From NCBI RefSeq assembly GCF_046119375.1, contig NW_027362960.1, forward strand, positions 930,001 through 994,000: 64,000 nucleotides of DNA, given 5' to 3'. The stretch comes from Phyllobates terribilis. Taxonomy: Eukaryota. The notes under the pieces were generated by a model. The model was not told where the DNA came from and searched no databases. It saw nothing but the letters and a program-made list of their open reading frames with translations. The translations under genes and the position numbers were made by a program. This document shows positions 1-12,400 of this stretch, one piece after another. The number at the start of each line of letters is the position of its first letter. The first letter of the stretch is position 1.

Positions 1-986
1 CACGGTAGACTTGTTTTCAGCCACAAAGCTTCTCTTTGTTCCTCACGGCACGCTGCGGCCACCAGGATGGGGTTCAGCTCACTCCGGGTAGCTCGGATGC
101 ACCAGACAAAACCCCTCCACCAGTGTGTTCCTCTCACTTGCTGTACTAGAACCGCCTCGTGCCCCTACTAAGTCCCGTACGGGTACCGCAATGTCCGCTG
201 AAGGTGGCTTGTAGCCCCCGGACCGCCTAGGTCCCTTATTGGTGACTGGTGTGTAAACGTGGCGTAAGGCTGGGGTCCCTCTGGATAGACGCAGATTAAG
301 GGGATACAGGTGGCGACTCCGCTCCATCCATATTCCCCCTGGGATCCACTTCAGCCTCCGGACTTTTCTGACAGAGACCTGGAGTACAAAGTCAGATAAT
401 CGGGGACCGGTACCCCCTCTTGCGGCAGGAGTCTCTCTGGCGGGGCCAGAATAAGGGTAGCAGGTGGCGACTCTGCTCCGTCCACATCCCCTGAGATCCT
501 TTCGCCTGTGGAGCTCTTCTCCTCTGCTCCCCTCCTAGGCCTTCTGGTGTGGACTAAGACATAGGACACAGCCAGCTGTAACTTAACTCTGCCCCAGCCC
601 CCAATCTCAAGGCCTGAGACCGGGAATCACAGCCTCCTGAGGCAGATGCAGCTTGTACTAACTGTCACCTCCAGGGAACTGCGACAAAAAACCCGGTATT
701 AAAGATGGCATCCATATTTATATGGATGTATTAGTGTAACCGTAAAGTGCTTCCTCCACCCTACTCACTACAAGGTTCCCCCTACTTTTGGTCCCCCCCT
801 TACTCCTCCATTCAGGACTGGGGTAGCACATTGTGCTCTAAACCCCCTTCAGAATGGGAGTGTGTAGTGTTGGATGTGTGGTGGGGCCCTGTGTGGTGCT
901 CCATTCTTACCTCGGAGAGGAGATACCACACCTCGTTCCATGAAGTGCAGTACCCCTGTCGCGACTGAACTCTCAGGGGCGCCACA
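1..986. mobile_element. Solo LTR (Gypsy-type), left end outside window
   Basis: Ends ...ggggcgccaCA followed by TAAC. It matches the complete copy at 36675-38033 (offset 37047), which interrupts a Gypsy RT. Confidence 0.75.
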
Positions 987-1430
987 TAACCACCTTGGAT
1001 TTAACTAAGAAATATTGGCAAATCCCCATGTCACAAGAAGCCAAGGAGAAGACTGCCTTCTCTATGCCCAACGGATGTTTCCAATATGTCCGGATGCTGT
1101 TTTGTCAAAAGGGAGCCCTGGCCACCTTCCAGAGTGCCATGGACTGGATCCTCGCAATCCATAAGAATTACACTGCATCATACTTTATATATTGTAATCT
1201 TCAGCCCAGATTGGAGATGTCACCTGCAAAAGGTCCAGTCGGTGTTTGATCCTCTCAGGAAGGCAGGGTTTTCTATAAATCTGAAAACATTTTGCCATGG
1301 GAAATAAAGAGGCCGAATAACTAGGATATTTAGTAGGTAGAGGCGAGATCAAACCCCAGATCAGTAAAGTAGATGCAATCCAAAACTGGCCAAGACCACT
1401 CTTAAAGAAGCAAGTTAGAGCCTTTCTGAA
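987..1430 (+). pseudogene. Decayed Gypsy reverse transcriptase fragment
   Basis: DLTKKYWQIPMSQEAKEKTAFSMPNGCFQYVRMLF and downstream WPRPLLKKQVRAFL-like segments in broken frames. Confidence 0.8.
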
Positions 1431-2246
1431 AATGAAAATAGCAGACAGCAGTCATGTAATGTGTGGTCTCTAAGTAAAGGTAATGTGACGGGAGCTAGTT
1501 ACACCCATCCGCAGATGTCCAATCTTCTTCTGCCGGCCCCTGACATGGAAAAGCTTTTCTTACACTGGGATATATAAAATATGACTATCGCACTGTGTCT
1601 CCAAGATGGACTAAAACTTTTATTCTTACAAGCAGGTTTTATAGAGAATCACACAGGCTATTTTTAGCACCCATTGTTCTCACCAGATAATACCCACAGT
1701 AGGCTCCCAGACAGCAGTTAGGCAACAACCCATTAATCAGCACATTGTCTGTTTGCCCCTGCTAAGTGAGCACAGGAAGGTGGGGGCCAGGAGTGCTTTG
1801 GTCACATCACAAAATGTCCAACAATATGTGATCCACAATATTCACCCCACTTTGTAACATTATGTCCCATTAGCTGCATAGGTGCTACGACAACCCCCAT
1901 GTGGAAAAATCTTGGAGTACGGGGTTGATCCATCACAGGTAAATTTGCAATAAAAAAGATGGCATCACTTGCTAACTTCTGCGATCAACCAGTGAGGAGT
2001 TATCGCAGAAAATTAGAGATTGAATAAAACCAAGAAGGGCGGAGACCAGCCCACGTGAGGTCATCACAGGGGAGTGTGTGGGCAGCGCCCCCGTCGGCAT
2101 AAAAGATCAGGCCGAATATTGATCTATACTCATGCCGGGTTATACATATTTGTGTAAGCGGGGGTCCTGTTCCATAACGGTTCGTTTGAGTGCTTCCCTC
2201 CAGCTAAACTGAATGGTCTCTGCGATCGGCCTAGTAAGTCCTTCTA

Positions 2247-3454
2247 TTAATCCCTTTTTATTTTGTGTAACTGTATATGCTGTATTAAACATGAACCCTG
2301 GGTGAAACATTTCCCACATTCTGGACATGAATATGACTTTTCTCCAGTGTTAATTCTTTGATGTTTTTGAAGATCTGGTTTCCGGATAAAACATTTCCCA
2401 CATTCTGAACATGAATATGGCTTCTCTCCTGTATGACTTCTGTAATGTTTATGAAGATCTGGTTTCTGGGTAAAACATTTCCCACATTCTGGACATAAAT
2501 ATGGCTTTTCTCCAGTGTGAATTCTTTGATGTTTTTGAAGATCTGGTTTCTGGATAAAACATTTACCACATTCTGGACATAAATATGGCTTTTCTCCAGT
2601 GTGAATTCTTTGATGTCTTTGAAGATCTGGTTTCCGGATAAAACATTTCCCACATTCTGAACATGAATATGGCTTCTCTCCTGTGTGAATTCTTTGATGT
2701 TTATGAAGATCTGATTTCTGGAGAAAACATTTCCCACATTCTGAACATGAATATGGCTTCTCTCCTGTATGACTTCTGTAATGTTTAAGCAAATCTGACT
2801 TATTGCTGAAACATTTCGCACATTCTGAACATGAAAATGGCTTTTCTCCTGTGTGACTTCTTTGATGCATAAGCAATTTAGATTTATGTTCAAAACATTC
2901 CCCACATTCTTGACATAAATATGGCTTTTCTCCAGTGTGAATTCTTTGATGTTTATGAAGATCTGGTTTCTGGATAAAACATTTCCCACATTCTGAACAT
3001 GAATATGGCTTCTCTCCTGTGTGAAATGTTTGATGTTTATGAAGATCTCGTTTCTGGATAAAACATTTCCCACATTCTGAACATGAATATGGCTTCTCTC
3101 CTGTATGACTTCTGTAATGTTTAAGCAAATATGACTTATCGCTGAAACATTTCCCACATTCTGAACATGAAAACGGCTTTTCTCCTGTGTGACTTCTCTG
3201 ATGTGAAAGCAATTTATATTTAGTTTTAAAACATTTCCCACATTCTGAACAGGAAAATGGTTTCTTCCCTGTGGGAATTATTTGATGTTCGACATCCCTT
3301 CTCTGGCTTTCATTTTGCTTAACAGTCTGTGATGAATCCAAGTAGATGACGGATTGAAAAGGCTCAGATGATTGATTTCTGCTCTGAAGGGCTGGAGGTA
3401 TAGCTGGAATAATGGCACGCTTTTCATAGGTATCTGGTTTGACACCACAGTCAT
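2247..3454 (-). CDS. ZNF-A terminal exon, 12 C2H2 fingers (finger 11 lacks its second His)
   Basis: Acceptor ttcttggcag|ATGAC; CxxC-x12-HxxxH repeats every 28 aa; stop TAA at 2249-2247. Confidence 0.95.
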
Positions 3455-6400
3455 CTGCCAAGAATAAATCTGATTTTATTATTTTTTAATATCAATGCCT
3501 TATATTTTATAACATTTCTCTATACATAATTCTATACAAATCAAAGTATAATGAAACTATGACCTAAGACAGTGGTGAGCCACCTGTGCACAAATCCCAT
3601 GGTACTGAACCCCTAACGTACCATCGACGAACATAATACATATACGCAGAAACTTTTGAGGCAATAAAGGGAGGATTAAAAATAAGCTTTATTACATTAC
3701 AATCTAAAGCAACAGAGAAAAATACACGCCATAAAAACAATGAAGATGGGGTATTCCCATCTCTGAGAAACTATACCAATATGTAGTAGGTATAATAAAA
3801 ATAAGATTAGCAAATATCTCCAATTAGAAATGTAGTATAGTTCTTTTGATTCGCTATGTCGCTTACCCCATGTTCAGGGCATTGCAAGTTAGTTGCTAGT
3901 GGTCATAACTATGGATACCTAAGCTACTGCAATGCTCTGCACATGGGATAAGTGACAAAGAATCAGGAGAACTATACCACATTTCTAATTGGAGTCTGAA
4001 TAAACCTCGACCTCACACATCGACAGGTACTCCGAGTGTCATGGGATCACCACGCTGACGTAGCGACCCTCCATCCCCTTACAGCAGAAGGACATGGTGG
4101 CAGAGACCACATTTGTGACTGTGCCGCACACTGGAATGTTATTGTCAGGGGAGTTCCCAATTCGGACCTCGGCCCCCATCAGTCGCTCCAGACCACAGTC
4201 CATCCTGTTAGTTATGGCGATGCTGGATATCTTGTAGCTCTGGCCCAGGTCCAGCTTCCACCAGGGATCCTTCTCCAGGTTGGTGTGGGTGCAGAAGCCA
4301 CTACTGAAGTCGGTGTCTTTGTTCCCATCGATGGCGTTCTTAGCCAATATGCTCCTGGTGGCATACGGATAGTCCGACACCTGGGAGGCCACTCTGGTCC
4401 TTGCTATGTTTGTGGCTACAGGTGCCGGAGCGCATCCCAGAGCCAGAACCACAGATCCCAGTAGAATCAGAGAAGATGGGGGTCGGTACGTCAGCGTGGT
4501 GATCCCAGGACACTCGGAGTACATTTCTAATTGGAGGCATTTTCTATTATTATTATCCAACCTACTATATTTTGGGATAGGATTTTGGAGGTGAGAATAC
4601 CCCTTCAAGGCTGTATGCTTAGGACTTATCCAGGACTCATCCAGATGCCTCATTCCATTGTTTTTTGTGATTACGTTTATCCCTCTTAAATGGCTTTTTG
4701 TATTTTTATGTGTTTTCAACTGCGATCTAATAAATTGTATTTTTAATCTCTATATTGTCTCACATTTCTCTATACACAGTCATGGTTGAAATAGTTGACG
4801 CCCTTAAAATTGTTCCAGAAAATGAAGTATTTCTCCTAGAACATTATTGCAATTACACCTGTTTTGTTATAGACACGTTTATTTCCTTTGTGTGTATTGT
4901 CACTGATCTTTTCTACAGAAATGTTCAATGGAGAATCAAAACTGGACCTTGACCAGATTATTACCTGACCCTACTTCTAAACCCTTTTCTGATCTGCCTA
5001 CATACTTCTTGTTGACCGCAGAATGGTTTGGCTTCTCACTTGACTGTCCTTCCGGGACGTGTACTGCTGCTAGATATTGACCTTGGCTTCTCCAGCTTAG
5101 ATGTTCACCTGCCTGACTTCTGTGTGTGGCCCGGCTCTCTTCTTGACATTCAGCTGTAATCTGGCAACTCACAACTACATTACAATTGGAGACATGGCGC
5201 CTTTCTGCAGCAAATAAAATTCCATTTAACCAATGAAACTTTGCTGCCAAAATGCGTTAATCAAAAAAGGTGCAAAAAAAAGCTTTTTTTGTTATGCATC
5301 AAATCTATCTGCAAGTAAAATGCACGTCAATTACTTGTGTGATCAAACTCATAATATAATGACCACAGGATCTGTGACGTCTCTGTATCTAGTGGTCACT
5401 ACTCACCTGGGTGGTCATATGTAGGAATCTCCTCTTTACACCGCTCATCACCCCTCACATATGTCTCTGTAGTATTAATATGGGTCAGATCTTCACCCTG
5501 AAACAAATATTGTAAAAGTCACAGACAGATGGAGAAGTCCCATCTATGATCAGCTCTAATCCTGCCATCTCCACCGTTCTCATTACACAAGTATAAAACA
5601 TATAATACTGGTGGATAAAACAAGACTGAGCACAAGACCTTCACAGCCATCTACACATCATAGGGGAGATCTCATGACACCTTCTCTCCATCTACCTGAT
5701 GATCCTGAGGAACATTGGGGTCTTCTTGTTTACAGTCCTGTGGAAGAAGAGGACGGGGACATCTCTCTGGTGTTGTCCTCTTACTGGATAGATCTGGAGG
5801 AAACACATACAGGGACTGAATTCATTCTTTACTAGTGTTGAGCCACCCCCGTAGTGTTCGGGTTCGGTTCGGTTCGTCGAACACCGGGATGTTCGAGGAA
5901 CTGTTCGTCGAACTGTTCGTCGAACACCTTAGAACACCGTCGAACACCGTTAAAACCAATGGCAGGCAAACAAAAACACATAGAAACACATAGAAAACAC
6001 CTGCAAAGGTGTCCAAAAGCTGACAAACTGCTCAGAAGACACTCTCTTTAAAAAAGCCGGCCGGCAAATTCAGCAGCGGCATACACCGGTACCCGACAAT
6101 TTAGACAAGAAGGAATAGAGCATCACACATAGATTAGATAGATAGAAACATGTCAGTCACACATATAAGAAGCACGGTGACAGTGTTGGTTACTTCACTT
6201 GTCATTTAGTGTAAAGGATTTATTAAAAAAAATATTAGTGTTTTCATGCACCGTCTCTTTAAAAAAGCCGGCCGGCAATTCAGCATCTGTACCCGACAAT
6301 TTAGAACAGAAAGAATAGAGCTTCACACATAGATTAGATAGATAGAAACATGTCAGTCACATATATAATAAGTACAGTGATAGTGTTGCTTACTGTACTT

Positions 6401-9400
6401 GTCATTTAGTGTAAAGGATTTATTTAAAAAAATAATAGTGTTTTCATGCACTGTCTCTTTAAAAAAGCCGGCCGGCAATTCAGCAGCGGTACCCGACAAT
6501 TTAGAACAGAAAGATAGAGCATCACACATAGATTAGATAGATAGAAACATGTCAGTCACATATATATGAAGTACAGTGATAGTGTTGGTTACTGTACTTG
6601 TCATTTAGTATTAAAATAAAGGATTTATTATTAAAAAAATTGGCGTGGGGTTCCCCTTAATTTTAGGCTCTAGCGGAGGTTAAGCAGACGGCTGGGGCAG
6701 ATGTTTGAAGCCTGGGAAGGGGGTAATACCCACGGAGCTTCCCAGGCTACTAATATCAGCCCCCAGCTGAATACATAGCCTTTACTAGCTATTAAAATGG
6801 GGGACCCCCCAAAAAAAATGACGTGGGGTCCCCCCTAATTTAATAGCTAGCAAAGGCTAGGCAGACAGCTGGGGGCTGATATTAATAGCCCAGGAAGGGA
6901 GCCATGAATATTGGCCCCCTCCCAGGCTAGAAACACCAGCCGTCAGCCGCCCCAGAAATGGCGCATTCATAGGATGCGCCAATTCTGGCACTTAGCCTCG
7001 CTCTTCCACGCTGCCCTGGTGCGGTGGCAGGGGGTAATAGGGTTGGGGTTGATGTCAGCTTATAATGCCAGCTGACATCAAGCCCAGGTTAGTAATGGAG
7101 AGGCGTCTATAAGACACCCCCATTACTAACCCCATAGTCAAAGTTAAAAAAAACACAAACACCCAGAATAAAGTCCTTTAATTGAAATAAAGACACAATC
7201 CTTTATTGTTCTAAATTAAACCATACTTACCATCACGCCCATTCCAGCTGAAGCCAACGATCTCCTGCAATAAAAGAAAAATAATAAAGCAACCTCATCC
7301 TTACCTTTCCATGGTTCCCACGACAGCTTCAGCTCTGCTACATCGAGATGACAGGCTGGACCGCAGCAGAACGCTGCCATCCAGCCTGTCATCCCGCAGA
7401 CACTGAGAAGCGCAGGCTTGCTTGCGCTGCTCAGCGTCTCTCTGTGACGACATCCAGAGGAGCCGAGTTCATGTCCAATGAACTCGGCTCACCTCATGCA
7501 CGTCACTGACAGCGTGGGAAAATTCTCACGCTGAAGCGCTGATTGCAGGAGAATTTTCCCACGCTGTCAGTGACGTGCAGGAGGTGAGCTGAGTTCATTG
7601 GACATGAGCTCACCTCATGCACATCACTGACAGCGTGGGAGAATTCTCCTGCACTCAGCACTTCAGCGTGAGAATTTTCCCACGCTGTCAGTGACGTGCA
7701 TGAGGTGAGCCGAGTTCATTGGACATGACCTCGGCTCATCTGGATGCCGTCACAGCGAGACAGTGAGGAGCGCAAGCATGCCTGCGCTTCTCAGTGTCTG
7801 CGGGATGACAGACTGGATGGCAGCGTTCTGCTGCGGTCCAGCCAGTCATCTCGATGTAGCAGAGCTGAAGCTGTCGTGGGAACCATGGAAAGGTAAGGAT
7901 GAGGTTGGTTTATTATTTTTCTTTTATTGCAGGAGATCGTTGGCTTCAGCTGGAATGGGTGTGATGGTAAGTATGGTTTAATTTAGAACAATAAAGAATT
8001 GTGTCTTTATTTCAATTAAGGGACTTTATTCTGGGTGTTGTGTTTTTTTTAAATACTTTACTAGAAATTCATGGCGGTCATGTCTAATACTGGCGTGACC
8101 CCATGAATTTTGGGCTTGGGGCCAGCTGATAATACCAAGCTGGCCCTAACCCCTTTATTACCCAGTGAGCCACCGCACCAGGGCCCTGGATGAGTTGGGT
8201 ACAGCGCCAGAAGATGGCGCTTCTATGAACGCGCCATTTTCCGGGGTGGCTGCGGACTGCAATTTGCAGCGGGGGTGGCCCAGAAAGCTTGGGCCTCCCT
8301 GCGCTGCAGATTCCAGCCCCCAGCTGCCTAGTTGTACCTGGCTGGACACAAAAATAGGGCGAAGCCCCACGTACTTTTTTTTTAATTATTTCATGAAATT
8401 CATGAAATAATTAAGAAAAAAAGGCCTTCCCTATATTGTTGTGTCCGGCCAGGTACAAATAGGCAGCTGGTGGATGGGGGCAGCCCGTTCCTGCCTGCTG
8501 TACCTGGCTGGACACAAATATAGTGCGAAGCCCCACTTCAATTTTTTTAAATTATTTCAGGAAATTCATGAAATAATTTAAAAAAAATTGACGTGGGGCT
8601 TCGCACTATATTTGTGTCCAGCCAGGTACAGCATGCAGGAACGGGCTGCCCCCAACCACCAGCTGCCTATTTGTACCTGGCCGGACACAACAATATAGGG
8701 AAGCCCTTTTTTTCTTAATTATTTCATGAAATAATTTAAAGAAAATTGACGTGGGGCTTCGCCCTGTTTTTGTGTCCAGCCAGGTACAACTAGGCAGCTG
8801 GGGGCTGGAATCCGCAGTGCAGGGAGGCCCAAGCTTTCTGGGCCACCCCCGCTGCAAATTGCAGTCCGCAGCCACCCCGGAAAATGGCGCGTTCATAGAA
8901 GCGCCATCTTCTGGCGCTGTACCCAACTCATCCAGGGCCCTGATGCGGTGGCTCACTGGGTAATAAAGGGGTTAGGGCCAGCTTGGCATTATCAGCTGGC
9001 CCTAAGCCCGAAATTCATGGGGTCACGCCAATATTAGACATGACCACCATGAATTTCTAGTAAAGTATTTAAAAAAAACACAACACCCAGAAAAAAGTCC
9101 TTTAATTGAAATAAACACACAATTCTTTATTGTTCTAAATTAAACCATACTTACCATCACGCCCATTCCAGCTGAAGCCAACGATCTCCTGAAATAAAAG
9201 AAAAATAATAAAGCAACATCATCCTTACCTTTCCATGGTTCCCATGACAGCTTCAGCTCTGCTACATCGAGATGACAGGCTGGACCGCAGCAGAACGCTG
9301 CCATCCAGTCTGTCATCCCGCAGACACTGAGAAGCGCAGGCTTGCTTGCGCTCCACAGTGTCTCTCTGTGAGGGCATCCAGATGAGCCGAGTTAATGTCC

Positions 9401-12400
9401 AATGAACTCGGCTCACCTCATGCACGTCACTGACAGCGTGGGAAAATTCTCCTGCACTCAGCGCTTCAGCGTGGGAGAATTCTTACACTGAAGCGCTGAG
9501 TGCAGGAGAATTCTTCCACGCTGTCAGTGACGTGCAGGAGGTGAGCTGAGTTCATTGGACATGAGCTCACCTTATGCACGTCACTGACAGCGTGGGAAAA
9601 TTCTCCTGCACTCAGCGCTTCAGCGTGGGAGAATTCTCACGCTGAAGCGCTGAGTGCAGGAGAATTCTCCCACGCTGTCAGTGACGTGCAGGAGGTGAGC
9701 TGAGTTCATTGGACATGAGCTCACCTTATGCACGTCACTGACAGCGTGGGAGAATTCTCCTGCACTCACCGCTTCAGCGTGAGAATTTTCCCACGCTGTC
9801 AGTGACGTGCATGAGGTGAGCCGAGTTCATTGGACATGAACTCGGCTCATCTGGATGTCGTCACAGAGAGACGCTGAGCAGCGCAAGCAAGCCTGCGCTT
9901 CTCAGTGTCTGCGGGATGAGAGGCTGGATGGCAGCGTTCTGCTGCGGTCCAGCCTGTCATCTCGATGTAGCAGAGCTGAAGTTGTCGTGGGAACCATGGA
10001 AAGGTAAGGATGAGGTTGCTTTTTTTTTCTTTTATTGCAGGAGATCGTTGGCTTCAGCTGGAATGGGCGTGACGGTAAGTATGGTTTAATTTAGAACAAT
10101 AAAGGATTGTGTCTTTATTTCAATTAAAGGACTTTATTCTGGGTGTTTGTGTTTTTTTTTACTTTGACTATGGGGTTAGTAATGGGGGTGTCTTATAGAC
10201 GCCTCTCCATTACTAACCTGGGCTTGATGTCAGCTGGCATTATAAGCTGACATCAACCCCAACCCTATTACCCCCTGCCACCGCACCAGGGCAGCGTGGA
10301 AGAGCGAGGCTAAGTGCCAGAATTGGCGCATCCTATGAATGCGCCATTTCTGGGGCGGCTGACGGCTGGTGTTTCTAGCCTGGGAGGGGGCCAATATTCA
10401 TGGCTCCCTTCCTGGGCTATTAATATCAGCCCCCAGCTGTCTGCCTAGCCTTTGCTAGCTATTAAATTAGGTGGGACCCCACGTCATTTTTTTTGGGGGG
10501 TCCCCCATTTTAATAGCTAGTAAAGGCTATGTATTCAGCTGGGGGCTGATATTAGTAGCCTGGGAAGCTCCGTGGGTATTAGGCTGAGTTCACACGATGC
10601 GTATTTCATGCGTTTCCGCGGCGTTTTTGCAGTTGCGTAAACGCCGCGGAAACGCATGAAAAACGCATGGTAGAAGGGAAGCAATGTTCCCCAATGGAAA
10701 TCCGCATGTGCTGTGCCCATGATGCGGATTTTTCCGCAGCGTTAACGCTGCGGTCAAAAATCCGCAGCATGTCAATTAATTTTGCGGAAACGCGGCGATT
10801 TCGCCGCCATTGACTTGCATTAGAACGCGCCAATTCCGCAAGACAGCATTTGTACTTGCGTTATTGGCGCGTTCTAATATGCGGATGGTACCCGGGTGTG
10901 GAGGAGAGGAGAGTCTCATCCACACCCAGGTACCATTAAAAAAGCTGTAAAACAAGAATAAAATAAAAAATAAATGTATTCTTACCATCTGTCGGCCCGC
11001 GCAGCGCTCCCGCTTGGTTCCCGGCACTTGCAGTGAGTTGTAGGACCTGCGGTGACGTCAGAGTCATGTGATGGGTCACGTGACGCTGACGTCGGCAGGT
11101 CTTTCAATTCAAAGTTGCCGGCAGCCGGGAACTTTGTAAAGCAGGACAGCGCGGGCCATCAGAGGTAAGTATATACACTCTCTCGGGTCACACTATATAA
11201 ATCCATGCTGTTTGCATGGATTTATATAGTGTGACCTAGTTGTCAAGCACTTTCCAGGTGATGCTAAAATCGCCTGGAAAGCGCTTGTCAATCTGCATGC
11301 GGAAACGCATGTCAATCTGCATGTGGATCCGCATGTATTCTGCAGGAAAAACGCATGCACAATCTGCATGCGTTTTTTCTGCCAGGGAGATGCAGAAATG
11401 ATGCAGAAATTTTCTGCTTCATTTCTGCATCGTGTGCACATACCCTTACCCCCTTCCCAGGCTTCAAACATCTGCCCCAGCCGTCTGCTTAACCTCCGCT
11501 AGAGCCTAAAATTAAGGGGAACCCCACGCCAATTTTTTTAATAATAAATCCTTTATTTTAATACTAAATGACAAGTACAGTAACCAACACTATCACTGTA
11601 CTTCATATATATGTGACTGACATGTTTCTATCTATCTAATCTATGTGTGATTCTCTATTCTTTCTATTCTAAATTGTCGGGTACCGCTGCTGAATTGCCG
11701 GCCGGCTTTTTTAAAGAGACGGTGCATGAAAACACTATTATTTTTTTTGATAAATCCTTTACGCTAAATGACAAGTACAGTAAGCAGCACTTTCACTGTA
11801 CTTCGTATATATGTGGCTGACATGTTTATATCTATCTAATCTATGTGTGAAGCTCTATTCTTTCGGTTCTAAATTGCCGGGTACAGGTGTATGCCGCTGC
11901 TGAATTGCCGGCTTTTCATGTTTCACTGTTGGCACTGTTCCCATCGATTTGGGCAATCACTGTAATGCCACAACCACCATGGCTGTGGCATTACAGTGAG
12001 TGGCAGACAATCCCTGCATGATTGGTGCTCTAAATAGCGCCAGACATGCAGGACGCGCTTTTGGTGCACGAACAGTTATCGAACATAACCTCGAACAGCC
12101 GAATTTTTTGCAAATCGTTCGGGTTCGTCGAACAACTGGAACACCGCCCAAAACAGCTCGAATTTGAGATTGGCGAACAGTTCTAGTCGAACACCGCTCA
12201 TCTCTATTCTTTACATACAGATAATTATAGGCCGTGTGTAATTAGTCCTATTACCTGGTGATGTGAGGGACTGGGGAACCTCCATCATGAAGTCCTTGTA
12301 CAGATCTTTGTGTTCTTCTAAATATTCCCACTCCTCCATGGAGAAATAGACAGCGACATCCTGACATCTTATAGGAACCTGACACATACAATGATACCGT

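Larger units (their letters stand above)
5833..12206. mobile_element. Non-autonomous hAT element, 6374 bp
   Basis: Termini TAGTGTTGAGC / GCTCATCTCTA; perfect 8-bp TSD TTCTTTAC (5825-5832, 12207-12214); empty site at 42898-42905; subterminal TCGAAC/GTTCGA motif clusters. Confidence 0.93.

Noticed and set aside
2285-3241. 318-aa alternative-frame ORF overlapping the finger exon
   Set aside because: A known by-product of C2H2 array codon structure; the ZNF-B frameshift stops in exon 5 and does not reach it.
4039-4719. 226-aa ORF as an intact fucolectin gene
   Set aside because: It starts at a TTG in MITE/flank sequence, lacks the native ATG, and stops before the domain's C-terminal CEVEV strand.
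8158-8963. Mirror-image ORF pairs
   Set aside because: A consequence of the palindrome; no recognisable protein.
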